Assembly (NCBI GenBank): GCA_020536535.1
Contig: JAHLWZ010000672.1
Span: 82,758 to 146,757 of the forward strand
Direction: 5' to 3'
Origin: Pelomyxa schiedti
Lineage: Eukaryota > Protista > Evosea
DNA: 64,000 nt
In this document: positions 28,945-40,710 of the stretch, piece by piece
Layout: the number at the start of each line of letters is the position of its first letter
Numbering within the stretch: the first letter of the stretch is position 1
Program-made: the position numbers and the translations under genes
Notes under the pieces: generated by a model
Told to the model about the DNA's origin: nothing
Seen by the model: the letters and a program-made list of their open reading frames with translations, nothing else
The model's database searches: none

Positions 28945-30956
28945 CTACGGAAGGTATTTAGTGCACGTGGTGCGTGTTGTGTCCGGCCTAGGGATCTTGC
29001 TTGGTTTATGCGAGGACTTGAGATCCGAGGCCTCTCTTTTTACCCCGGCAACTTGTGGTGAGGATGGCACTTTGCTTACCAACCAACTGGGAAGAGGACG
29101 TGAGCGAGCGGGGGAGGGAGGCAAACTCGGAAACGGTTGTCTTGTTTCCAACGGTTTGGCACTGGTGTTTATTGAAGGGCTTAATTGTGGCAACACACTG
29201 GATGCACTTGTTATTATTAGACCCTGGCAAAAAGGTGGTTGGGCACTCTGTTGCAGGCTTGTTTCTATTTGCTTTGGAATGTTGTACACTGGGTGACTAG
29301 AGAATTTGTGGCTACTAGTTATTGGGCAAATGGTAGAAGAAAAGCTGGGGGATTCTAATTTGACAACAGGGGTTGATTCCCCTTTGGCAACTGGAAGACC
29401 GTAAACAGGTTTGGCTGCGTCCAAAACATTGCCAGGCTCCTCTAATTTCAAGGTTTGGACTTCAACCTTCATATTTTTGGCATCAATCACACTGGCAACT
29501 CCTGCCGGGTCATCCTTGTACTTGACTATAGGTTCATTCATACTTTGATGTGGAGAACTGGGTGGAGTGGCTTGATGTGGGGGTGTGTTAGGTGGCGTGC
29601 CTGGAGGGGTATTTTGGGAAGAATCTTGGGTGATTGGGGGCGTGTTTTGTTGTGCAGAGTTTAGTGAAGATGGGGGCGATGGAAGCAACTCAGTATTGTG
29701 ATCCCCTGGTATGGATCCCTTGCATTTTCCCATAGAGTTTGAGAATGTGGTTTCAACATATTTCGACAGCATCTCTTTCTTAGTTTCTTCCACGAGTTGG
29801 CGTAGTGCCCTATTGGGAATTACATCTTGAGCTGTTACTGTTTGGTTGCAAAGAGGACAGTGCATGTCTGTCTGGAGGAGCTTATCCCAGGCACCTACGT
29901 GGGGTAAGGTAAAGGCTTTGCGGAGTGAAAAAGACATACAATTGCTGCACAAGCTATCATGGCAACATGAAAGCTCCACTGCATCAACAACCAAATTGTG
30001 GCAAACAGGGCACTTTAAGGAGTCGTCACAGGTGTCCATCACACCTTTACAAAAAAGTGTCGACTTCAAGGCGGATTGGAAGATTCCCCTGAAAGATTAT
30101 AATGAGTAAACAAGGTATAGTACTTAAACACAAACACTGATTGCACTCACGAATTGAAGTGGGGACATACTCATTTGGCTTCATCACAAATTCTGATGAT
30201 GGGCCTCTCAGAAATCCTGGAATACCGCGATAACTCAGCACTCTCTGAGAGTTTGTTGGGCAATGTTGAATATAATGGCCAGCAATGCCGCATCTGTGGC
30301 AAACTGTACTTACAGTAAGTTTCACATAAACTACGTACTAGATACAAACCATAACCAGGTGGAGGCAAGCTCCCTGGGGGAAGTGGACTTCGAGAACACC
30401 GGCCTGACTTCGCCGGGAGTATATCCTCTACACGCATATTTACAACAGCAGACAACCTTGATTCCTCTGTGGTACTCTCTGGAATTACAGGCCTGTGACT
30501 TTTATTATCAGGCGCACTGACAGCGGTCCTAAGGGGAGGTCTACGGAACGGCCTGCCTGGCTTAGGAAGTCTGGTGACAAGCACCAAGGTATTTTTTGGA
30601 ACAAGACCACCATCGAAGAATTCTAAGGCTCCGTTAGACCATAAAAGACCAAAAAAGAAAGAAACAATAAAAAGCGTCTTTTTTCTTCTCTTTTCTCTTT
30701 TCTTTTTTCCCTTATTTCTTTTGCTACCTTCGTTCGTATCGGCATTGAACAGGCGGAGGTCGAAATAACAAACACCACCGTTTGTAGTGCACAGTTTCTT
30801 ACGAGCAATTATCTCTTTCTTGAGCTTAGCCACTCCAATAGTGTCACCGTCGAACCGTATGGTATCAAACATCATGGCGCTCTGCTCAATCGATTAATAT
30901 TACGGATTAACAGGGAAATGTTTCACCTTAAACCGAAAGCTAACTACCGACGACAT
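28945..30956 (-). CDS. RBBP6: RBBP6/Mpe1-like protein (DWNN domain, zinc knuckle, RING/U-box)
   Basis: MSSVVSFRFK|SAMMFDTIRFDGDTIGVAKLKKEII (DWNN), VCHRCGIAGHYIQHCPTN (CCHC knuckle) and LKCPVCHNLVVDAVELSCCHDSLCSNC. Confidence 0.9.
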
Positions 30957-31070
30957 CGTTGTTGTCTTTATTTAAAATAAATTATTTCTGCTTCTGTCGA
31001 CTGATGATTTTAACCGCGTTCTTGCATAAACTTGGTTTTCGCCGACCTGAATGGTGCAACTGCAATAGAA

Positions 31071-32767
31071 ATGCTATCCTTCTTGCTACACCAGCAAGTA
31101 GGTGCTTCGGCGAGGGCGAGATGTAGTCACGTTGCCGAGGCGTTGGTTGGTGCCCTAGGTGTTTCTCATTTGGCATCACTGCCCTGCGTCGGTGGTGCGT
31201 ATATCGACGAGGCACCGGTGAACTTCGACTATGGGATGCCACAGGACCAAGCCGACGGGGCGCTGTGCGCCAAGTTTGGACCGTGCGATCGCGGAGGGCC
31301 AACGGCGTGGATGGTGGCGGTAGGAACCAATTGTGGGAGGGTCAGGACTTACGACCACAGGCTCAATCCACGGTGTTTGTTTGAAATCGACTCACATTCA
31401 GGAAAAAGTATTGGTGCTTTGAGGTATGAGTGCCAAGGAATAGAATTAATTAAATACGGAACAAACTAACAAGAAACACCAGGTTTATAGATGGAAATAC
31501 TATTGCTTCTGGATCAGAAAAGTGTATTGTTGCTATTCATGATGTGAGGAACGTGAAGAGTCCTTTGAGCGTTCTTCTGGGGCACCAGGGGTCAGTGACT
31601 CAAATCCCACAAATTCTTGTTCTTGTACCTATGCCCGTGTCTGACTGCCAAAGGAAGGTGGATACGAAGTATTGATGTTGTCCAAAATTCCATTCTCTCT
31701 GGGGGCTATGATGGAACAGTAATTTCATTTCAGCTCTCGTTTGTGAGCAAACCCAAATGTAGGTGCGCAACTGGGGAAAAATTGGCCACCTGCAAGAAAA
31801 AGCCCACAATTCAGAAGTGATTTTGTACCACCCTGCTCTTTCATACTCCTGTGTATCGCCCTGTGAACAGTCTATGGCTATCAGTCTTGCCAATGGCAGG
31901 ATTTTTTTGTTGCACAACCTCGACGTCGAGCATCTGGCTTCTCCGCACCCAGACCTGCAACGTAGAATTCTTCATCACGCAGCCACAAATACATCCTCCA
32001 TAATTTGCTTCACGGGTAGTGACCACTTCAAGCCAAAAGGGATATGCAATGTCATTGAACTTCTCCATCAGCCGACTCCAAAGTACACCCCCTTCATGAA
32101 GTTTGAACAACAAGGAGGTGAGCTTCTCCTCACGCGACGTGTTGTACCAAGCAATCCACTCTCTTCAGACTTGTGCGTGTATGATACAGCACGGCCGTGC
32201 ATAACCGTTGTTCAGAATGAACTCCCATCATTTTCCTCAGCTATGTCACCCACAAGAGGATCACCGGAATTAGACCAAGCTGAGGTCAACACAGTTGAGC
32301 AAGAAATGTGGGACACATCAAACAGCCTTTTTGCAGAATCTGAACCTCCAGTTCCCACACTTGTTGGCCATGAGTTACAATTGGAGCAACAAGTCTGGGG
32401 AATTGGCCACAGAGCCAATTCACAGGGATCCCCCAACAGGCTTATTTGTTGCAGCAAAGACTCGTGTGGGATGGCAACATCACACATCAAAGCACCGGCT
32501 TTCTTGTGTGGAGGAAGGTTCATTGCCAGCCCCTTCAAGAATGGATTCCGGTTGCTGGACTTCCATAGCCCCACAGCTGTACCCACAACAGAGAGTGATG
32601 AGACTCCTTCGAAAAAGGAGGACCCTCAGCCACCGTGCTTGTTTCAATCTTATCACCTCAATAGCATCCAACATGTTGTTGTTTCAGTAGAAGCACACCC
32701 GATGTTCCCCATTGTTGCAACTGCAGCACTCAATGGCGTTGTTGCTATTTATGAACCCAAGTTCTAG
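31071..32767 (+). CDS. DCAF10: WD40 repeat protein, DCAF10/WDR32-like
   Basis: RFIDGNTIASGS...IHDVRN...LLGHQG-WIRSID, GGYDGTV, MAISLANGRIFLLHNLDV, GRFIASPFKNGFRLLDF and terminal GVVAIYEPKF*. These follow the DCAF10 pattern (recalled, not searched). Confidence 0.8.
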
Positions 32768-32866
32768 AAAATAAATTATGAGTAGGAAGGAAAACGCACA
32801 ACAAGTAATGTTTGTAATCAAATTGCTTTGGGTGCGTGTGAGGTGCTTATGAAACAGTTTGGCTGC

Positions 32867-33890
32867 TTAGGTGGATTGGTGAGGTCGTTTTGAACTCCTG
32901 GTTGAACTGCTGCTTGTTGTACTTGCACTTGAACTGGCACTTGTACTAGTCGAAGTGGTTGCCAAGTTCACAGCAGATGCGTGGTGTGCATTCCTTTTTT
33001 GAGGGAGCATTTGTTATTATTTGGCAATACTACTGTCAACCGATCAATAACAGTCCTGATGCCTGCGGGAGTTAGGTCAAGTGTGGGAAGTGATTGCACT
33101 TGCCCTGCTTCGGGTTTCGTTGCAATCTCTCCAAAATCAACATCCCAAGTGAATAATATCTGGAATATGTTGGCTGCAAGGCTCCAATAGCTCAGCTGAT
33201 AGAGCGTTAGACTGAGTGAAGTAACTAAAATTTGTCTACTGACAATTAAATTAAATTAAATCCCCTAACTGTATTTTTTTTTCCCGCATTTCATTTGTTA
33301 GACAGATAGATAGAGGTAACATACAGTGGGAAGTGACCAGTAAGGACCATCCAATACTTGCAATTATGTCGCGACATTATCTTGGCTTGCATGCGGTCGT
33401 CAATCAGTAGATGTCGACGCCGTAGCCGAGCTCCCACAAGTTACGTTGAGACAGAAGCGCACATATCTAGCAGCTCACTTCCTTGGTCCAACTGAGTTGC
33501 CGCACTCATCATGGGCGCATGGTTCTCCTGGAGCGCCTTGTTGGCGGTGACTCGAACTCCTGCCGCCTATGCGCGCCCGTGCGGGCATTTGCGGCGGCAG
33601 TGAAGTTGGCCAGGGCGCAGGGTTTGCGATGCTGTGCTGTGCACGTAACGAACAGCGCACCGGTGCACTCTGCTCATTATGGGATGGCACGCACTGGCGG
33701 CGCGGTCGGGCTTGTTGTCGTAGTAGAGGCCTGCTGAGGGGACTCACTGGTGTAAGGTGGCACCTTCCAGAAGGAGTTCCCATCCTCTTCCCCTGTGCAG
33801 CTCCCCATTTTAATCCTTATTCCGCCACAAAATCCAAAATCACATGTGATCGAACTTTGGTTGCTGTAATTGGTCTGGTCTGGCACTCAT
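32867..33890 (-). CDS. Hypothetical protein (3' exons readable, 5' structure uncertain)
   Basis: GT-AG exons ...LLIDDRMQAKIMSRHNCKYWMVLTGHFP, ANIFQILFTWDVDFGEIATKPE... and a terminal Ser/Thr-rich exon ending RPHQST*. Confidence 0.4.
33181..33215 (+). pseudogene. tRNA-Phe-like 5' half (acceptor 5' strand, D-arm, anticodon 5' strand); no T-arm found
   Basis: GCTCCAA TA GCTC AGCTGATA GAGC G TTAGA CTGA matches eukaryotic tRNA-Phe(GAA) positions 8-35. The D-stem GCTC/GAGC is perfect. No GGTTCGA follows. Confidence 0.6.
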
Positions 33891-34169
33891 GGACAAAGAC
33901 AACCGCTTGTATGGTACGTACGTGACGTTCTTTTTCCTGTGTCTGGTCCCTTCGAAAGTGCCTGCTTGATAGTGTTTGGTTAATCGTCTAACCTAACAGC
34001 CACCAGTTGCGTTGGACCCGTCACCACAGCAGTAGAGAATGAGGGCAGTTGGTGTTTGTGCGCCGTGGCGATAGCAGCATTCAAGGGGGAAATCGTAGAG
34101 GCCGGCTGGGACCCACCTGTGGGTTCACTGCCCAGTTCACATCTGCATTGCATTTGTGGGTTGGGCATA

Positions 34170-34331
34170 TATTGGACGTTTCAGTCAAAAACCAGCCACA
34201 CAAACAAAAAACGAAAACTATCATCAAAATCAAACGAAATGCACTGGGTGCGCCCAGTGGATAAACTTGTTTTTTGTTGGTTGTTTTTATTTTTCATTCA
34301 TTATGCCGTTTTTTGACTGAAACGTCCAATA
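34170..34331. repeat. 162-bp concentric foldback: perfect 22-bp terminal inverted repeats plus a central 7-bp hairpin (MITE-like or hairpin RNA)
   Basis: tattggacgtttcagtcaaaaa (34170-34191) is the exact reverse complement of 34310-34331. cactggg-tgcg-cccagtg (34242-34259) has the same centre. Confidence 0.85.
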
Positions 34332-34692
34332 GCAGGTGCTCTCTTTTTCCGCACGGCATCAATCAAAGGAATGTATTGTATTTGGATGGGTTATGTCATC
34401 ACAGATTGTTGGACTTCTTCTTTTGTACTTCTTTTTTTCCCCAAAAAGGGGTGATTTTTCGTTGGCCGTTTCAAGCAGCAAGGTACGAGGTCAGAATGGA
34501 TGTGAGAGGTGTTATGTCGAAATCAGCCCACCCTGGTATCTTTTGTTGTGTAAGGTAAGCAGGAACAGGGTCTTGGTCGGCCACTACCTCGATGCAAAAT
34601 ATTGTGGAGCCCAGAATGTAACCGTCACACTGCATCACGGAATCATACCAGGCAAGCTGTTGTGTGCGCATAATGTGTCAGTCACGTTGATG

Positions 34693-36032
34693 TTACTTCT
34701 CGCGTGTAAGAGGAGGAAGGTCTCTCAAACCTGTGACATGTCTATCACAGAAAAGTGAGAAAAAAAAAAGGTATTACTAGAACATACACTCTGACTCACA
34801 GCTGGGTTGATTCCAGTACGAGCAAAAGTTCTGTAAAGAAATTTGGAAAATGAATGGCATAGTTACTTGGTACCTGCCATCCCCCGGCAATATCTGGGAG
34901 GCACTATTTAAGGGAATACTTAAAAATAAGGTTGTATACTGCAATGATTAATGGAACAAGTTCCGCCATCAATCCCATTTTCAGTTATAACCGTATTGAG
35001 CACCATTCCAGCAGGTATCAAGTATTGGTTGAATAATTTGCGATATCTCCTAAAAGGCATTGATTCTTAGGCAAAACAGGGAGAGGGCGACAAACCCTGT
35101 GAGCCAACCATCTCCACTGCATACGCCGCCACTGTAGGAAGAGTTCATATAAGGTGCTGAGTACTCGTGAAGTCCGAGAATCGCTGAGAAGTCCATGGCA
35201 GTTTTGAAAGCAGGATAAAATGCCTCAACAACTAGTGATTCCGAATCAGTGAGTTCTCGATTGTTATGAGTATTCTCACGCACTTGAAGGCGTAGTTACA
35301 TCGGGAACTCCAGTTGAAAAGGAACCGATGCAAGCTTTCAAGCCATACTTATCCAACAGCTAAAATTGTGTTAACCACTCCTACTTTTTCAGTTGAATTG
35401 CTCTTCATATACATTACACATTAATAACAAAGTGACAAATATGTAACTTGTATCCTGCTCTGTTCAAAAGTTGAATACCACTGCATTGCAGAGACAGTTC
35501 CAACATCTGGTTCGTTATATCCTTCCCAGTAGTCAACGTCGGGGTAACTCAGTATGGTTCCCCTATTTTGAAAATAATATGTATATGTACACTAAGCTGT
35601 AACAAATGCATACGAGACTTCCGACCACCACTCACTAGCCCGTGTTGCAGGGTCACCATCCATAGGTTGACTGTCCAAATAAATGCGCCCAACAATCACA
35701 ATTCCTGGAGTTTAGCTTATAAAGCTTTTCACACATTGTTAATTGTACCTGGTACACTCTTCTTTATACTTGCAGCATCGCCAAAGTTATCAAGCAGTTT
35801 AACCACCCTTGGTTGGCCTCCGTTCAACTGTGTTCGTTTTAGGAAGTAATAACAGAAAAAATGCTCTCAAGGGATTTGAACAGACAGGACACACAATTGT
35901 CCACGAATATTGACCCATTCCTGTGTGAATGGATAGCTTGGAATTGCTAAGAGCCACAACGACGAATATACATTGAACCAATAGCAGATAGAAAACTCCA
36001 CAAACGCAATGTTTCATGATTCCTCGTGTCAT
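34693..36032 (-). CDS. Secreted clan GH-A (TIM-barrel) glycoside hydrolase-like protein
   Basis: Signal peptide (VFYLLLVQCIFVVVALS), then SKLSIH, PRVVKLLD, IVGRIY, DYWEGYNEP (acid/base-type NEP), KACIGSFSTGVP, ILGLHEYSAP, WLTGRYRKL and VITENGIDGG (nucleophile-type TE). Confidence 0.7.
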
Positions 36033-36102
36033 TGCTTTTGTTGTTGGGCTATCACTTTCGGTTTGTTTTAATCTAAACAAGGGTACAAGGAAGATCTATT
36101 GT

Positions 36103-38263
36103 TCATTCCCCGAATGGTGAAGATATCTCGATCTGCGGTTGTCGGCGTGGTTCCCGGAGAAGGGAGAGGTGGAACAATTGTTCCTCGGAGTCATGTGTCG
36201 TGGAGAGCAACATTTGTTGCACCAGGTCATGGTTGCTGCCATTATGGGAGCTGCTGCACGTGGTTGTGGTTGTGCAGGCTGTTGTGGCTATAGTTGTTGG
36301 ATCACGAGAGTTCGAGTGTGATTGCAGGTGTTGGTATGAAGGCGGGGGTGTGAAGGGTACTTGCTGGAAGGCTACAAGTTCCCGGAGTACCGTTGAGATC
36401 AGCCGGTACTTTCCGAAGTTGATTTCGGTTCCGATGGAATCGCCATTGCCCTCACTTATGAATATCAGGTCAGTGAGATGGAAGGCTATTGGGTTTTGTT
36501 TGTTGGTTGGTTGGTTGGTTGGTTGGTTTATCAGGGGTGGAGGGGTAAAAAAGCGCTAAGTTGGGTAAACTTACACAGGAATGGTACGCAAGGAGGTTTG
36601 GCAGCATGGATAAATCTTCGTAGTTCGCGGTAGCTTGCTTTAGTGTCTGTGAGCTCCCTGAGGTACTCCAATTTCTTTTGGGACTTCTTTGGTAACTACA
36701 GATACATTAGTGTTAGTACAAAAAAGTCAAACAACCTTGGCAAAAGTTTGACTCAAACGGCGTAGGGATGAGTTGTTAAACCCAGAAATCACTGCCACGG
36801 AAGAAAACAGGTTATTTATCTTCAAGAGACTATCTGCGAGGTCAATAAACTTTACCAGTGCCGAGACTCTTTGCTCAATGGTGACTTTTGACAGTATGTA
36901 GTGGCACACCCAGAAGTGGATCTTGAGCAGCGGCTAAATAAAGGGAACTCACATCCTGTGGTAACATACCGCATGGAAAGTACTCAGCATTACTGTAAGA
37001 TTCGGAGAACTGGTGTGCTTCGTGGTTAGAGTCCAACCCAGTTTGGCATATTCTCGGACTTTGATTGTTCGGTAAATCTCTTCGGTAATACAAGTGATGT
37101 GCCAGGCGCACTCAAGAGGCTCCATGAGTTCAAGTAGAGGTTGAGAGAATGGAACTTGGGGTGAGTAACATTCATATTGAACGGGGGGATTAAAGACTGA
37201 AGGGATACGGAATCTTTTCGTAGAAGAATTAATACTAGCAGAAAGACTAATAAGACATACATTTGAGAGGAAACTGAGGATGAAAAAGACTTCCATTGAG
37301 GGTGCACAGAGGTGTGATAGGCAAAGGCCTTGAACTCTAGAAAAAACTCCGAAAACTTGAGAGATAACTCCAGGAGATCTCTCATCTCAAGGCAAATTTC
37401 TCTCCGAACTTCTTCTGGGAGTTGCAAAAGGAGACTGTGTATTGGAGTGGATTGATTGCGAGGTTTATGCATTACAGTTGTTGCACAATCACGCCATTTC
37501 ATAAGTTCGGGGAGTGCATTTGGACAGTCTAAGCCAAAGAGTGAGCTTTTTGAGCTACTATTAGTAGGGGTCGGAACTTTCTGTGAAATCATCAGGAACA
37601 AGAGACAGCCATGTCTTGAGTGCATGAAGAATTCTAGATACAAGTTAAATATCGCGTAGGATAATAGCGAAGTAGACCTCGTTTGTTCCTCTTGTGCCAT
37701 AGGTGATCTCATCGAATCCCGTTCTATGAAGCTATCAAGTAGGCAATGAGACAGAGGGAAAAGAAGGTGGAATCGAAACCTCTTTATCAATAAATCGAAC
37801 ACTGTACGCTGTGTGGTGATTTCACGATAACACAAGAAGAATTCCTCAAGGAAGCGATTCTTGTCCACCAGTTGTGTTCTTTCATCACCTTTGTCACGGT
37901 TAGCCCATGGAAGCATAACTGCACCTATAACTATCAATGAACATCAGAAAGATGAGGTCTTCCACACTTGGTGTAGTGATCACCTCTCCATCACGCAAAA
38001 TCACACGACGCTTTCATTGGTTATGTTTCTCTTGGGTGTATATAGCAAATTTGCAAAATTGAAATTTCACATGTCGGCCCCTGAACCCAACTTATGGTAC
38101 TGTTTCGGTTTTCGACACTCACCTCAACGCCGCGTTTGGCTCTCATTCCAAGTATTTTCTTGCTCCCGTTTCGCTTTGATTTCGAAGAAAACGCCGAGAA
38201 AGACGGTTTTTTTTCCATGGGTCCGGTGTGGCCGTTTGGCGCTCTGAGGGTCCATTTGTACAT
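36103..38263 (-). CDS. Ras guanine nucleotide exchange factor (REM + CDC25 domains)
   Basis: REM: FLEEFFLCYREITTQRTVFDLLIKRF. CDC25: RVSALVKFIDLADSLLKINNLFSSVAVISGFNNSSLRRLSQTF, PFHLTDLIFISEGN...INFGKYR and LFHLSLLREPR. Confidence 0.9.
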
Positions 38264-38577
38264 CGACGAACTCGGAGGGCGTTGGGGAGTGTACCTTCCC
38301 CTAAGGACAATGGAGTCGGCGCATCTTCAGCTGATCTCTTAGCCCTTTGGCAGGGGATTAGGTTGGTTCTTTTCTGTTACAAATGCCAAACAGAGAGTAA
38401 TTCCGGCGAAATTTCTGCAAGTGCACACACATCAAGCCTAATTTAAGGATTGTCCCCAATGCCCTGACCATACCTAAAGAACAAAATTTCTTATTTCAAA
38501 ATCAAAAACTAAACTAAAGCACATCTGGTGCAACACACGCGTACAACTACAACAATTAGCAACAAATAGCGGGAAAA

Positions 38578-40710
38578 ATGACAGCCAGTGAAAGTGAAGC
38601 CGATATGAAGCCAGATCTCATTGCTGCTCGCAAACTGTTTTCCGTAGCACTGTCGCAACTGGGAAGAGAGGAACTCGAGCCGGTCGCCGAGGCCCTGGGC
38701 ATAGATCCGCGTGATTTCGCCAACGTGACCAAATTGGCCAAGGCCGTGTTTGATGCCGTGCGAGAAACTGGCGTAGACGACGAATCTGACAACACAATTC
38801 TGTCGCAACCAGTGGAGCCGGATGAGCAAGATCTCGTAACTGCCGAGACTTACGCTACCAAGTGGCTGGACATTGTAAAAGAAAACACCATTGACGACGC
38901 CACTGCAAAGTGGGTGGTCGCTGAAACTACGAGGAACTTTGCGGACCATTTCAATGCTGGGTGGCTTGAATACAGGAAAAGTGTCACCCAAGGAGGAGAT
39001 TACGCTTGCACAGAGTGGAGAGGCAGTGGGAGCGAGTTTGAGGATGTATTGGGCAGAAAGTTCATTGATTGCTTGGGTGGTTTCGGTATGTTCAACTTGG
39101 GTTGGTGCCATCCAGAAGTTGTTGCAGCGGTCCAGGCTCAACTCCAAAAGTATGCCCCCATTGTGAGATTCTTACTATTTCATTTGACCTTTTCTATAGA
39201 TCTGCTCAGTGCTCACAAGAGCTGCTGGATCCCCTGCGTGGTGTATTATGTAGACTGCTGGCTATGACGCTACCCGGAAAAATCCAATATGCTTTTCTTG
39301 TGAACAGTGGTGCTGAGGCCGTCGAGGGTGCCTTGAAGCTCGCTAAAGTTTTCACTGGTCGCACTGGATTTATCACTTCCACCAGGGCCTTCCACGGGAA
39401 ATCTATGGGTGCTTTGAGCGTGAGTGGCAAAGCTGTTTTCAGAGATCCAGTTGGCACTCTGTATGGTGGTCCTGTCTATCACGTTCCTTATGGAGACGCC
39501 GCTTCAGTAGATCGAACACTGGAAAGCTGTGAGATTGCTGGAATAGGTATGCGAAATTGTTGTTCCGTTTTTTGTTTGATCTCCTTTCCCAGGTATTGCT
39601 GCAGTTATCATGGAACCGATTCAGGGTGAGGCTGGTGCAATTGTCCCACCAGATGATTTCTGGCCAAGAATTCGTGCTTCAACTCTTAGACACAATGTTC
39701 TCTTGATTGCTGATGAAGTTCAGACTGGACTTGGCAGAACAGGCAAACTATGGGGTGTTGACCATTGGTACTTTTTCCACCAGGCCTTGTAAGTCTTCCT
39801 AACCTGACAAAGGGGCATTGAACCAGACATCATTTGTCTTGGAAAAGCTCTTGGAGGAGGTGTCATGCCAATAAGTGCTTTCTGTTCCACAAAAGAAATC
39901 TGGCAGCGAATGATGTACCCAAATCCATTCCTTCATACTACTACAACTGGTGGAAATCCGCTGGCCTGTGCAGCAGCCATTGCTGCCATCCGTGTGACTG
40001 TACGTGATAAAGTTTGGGAGACAGCTGCCGAAAAGGGTGAGTACTTGCTGGTAAGATTAAGACGGCTCGCTGAGGAATACAGCGACATTATCCACGAGGT
40101 CACAGGAAGAGGTCTACTGCTGGCTCTTCACTTCCATGACACTGTAACAGGGTAAAAATGTGATTTCAATGCCGTGAAGTTCATTTTACCCAGGTACCTT
40201 GTCGCCTCTGGGATGTTCAAGCGTGGCATCATCATCTCTGGTACGCTAAATTCTGCACAGGCCGTGAGGATAGAACCACCCTTCGTCATTTCTGAAAAGC
40301 AGATGGATGAAGTCATAGTGAAGCTTGAACAGTCACTTATTGAGACCAGAGGCGAACTAAGGGCCCTACGTGAGAGACAAGCACACAAGCCCGCCCTAGC
40401 CACAGGCGCGAAAGCCACCCCACACCACCCAGCAACTGCCCCTATTCCCATTAACATGGCTATGAACACAACAACGCTCTCGGGCTCCCCCACCTCCCTC
40501 GCCCACCTCGTTGCCCCAACAAACACTACCATTCCCACCAACGCCATGCTTATTCCCGACCCTGCAATCCCCATCCCCTCGGCGTCCATGCTGTTACCAG
40601 AGCACCTTGCCACAAACACGATGATGATTCCCGAGCAGCACATGTCTTCCACTGGGGCCCTCCTTCCTGACCCAACAACCGGCACAATTCCCCACGAGCA
40701 CTTGTTCTAG
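38578..40710 (+). CDS. patA: Class III PLP aminotransferase, putrescine aminotransferase (PatA/YgjG)-like, with N- and C-terminal extensions
   Basis: LEYRKSVTQGGDY, FIDCLGGFG, SQELLDPLR, NSGAEAVEGALKLAK, AFHGKSMGALS, EPIQGE, IADEVQTGLGRTGK, PDIICLGKALGGGVMPI (PLP Lys), NPFLHTTT.GGNPLACAAA and GTLNSAQAVRIEPP. The LEYRKSVT.GGDY block is characteristic of enterobacterial PatA. Confidence 0.9.
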
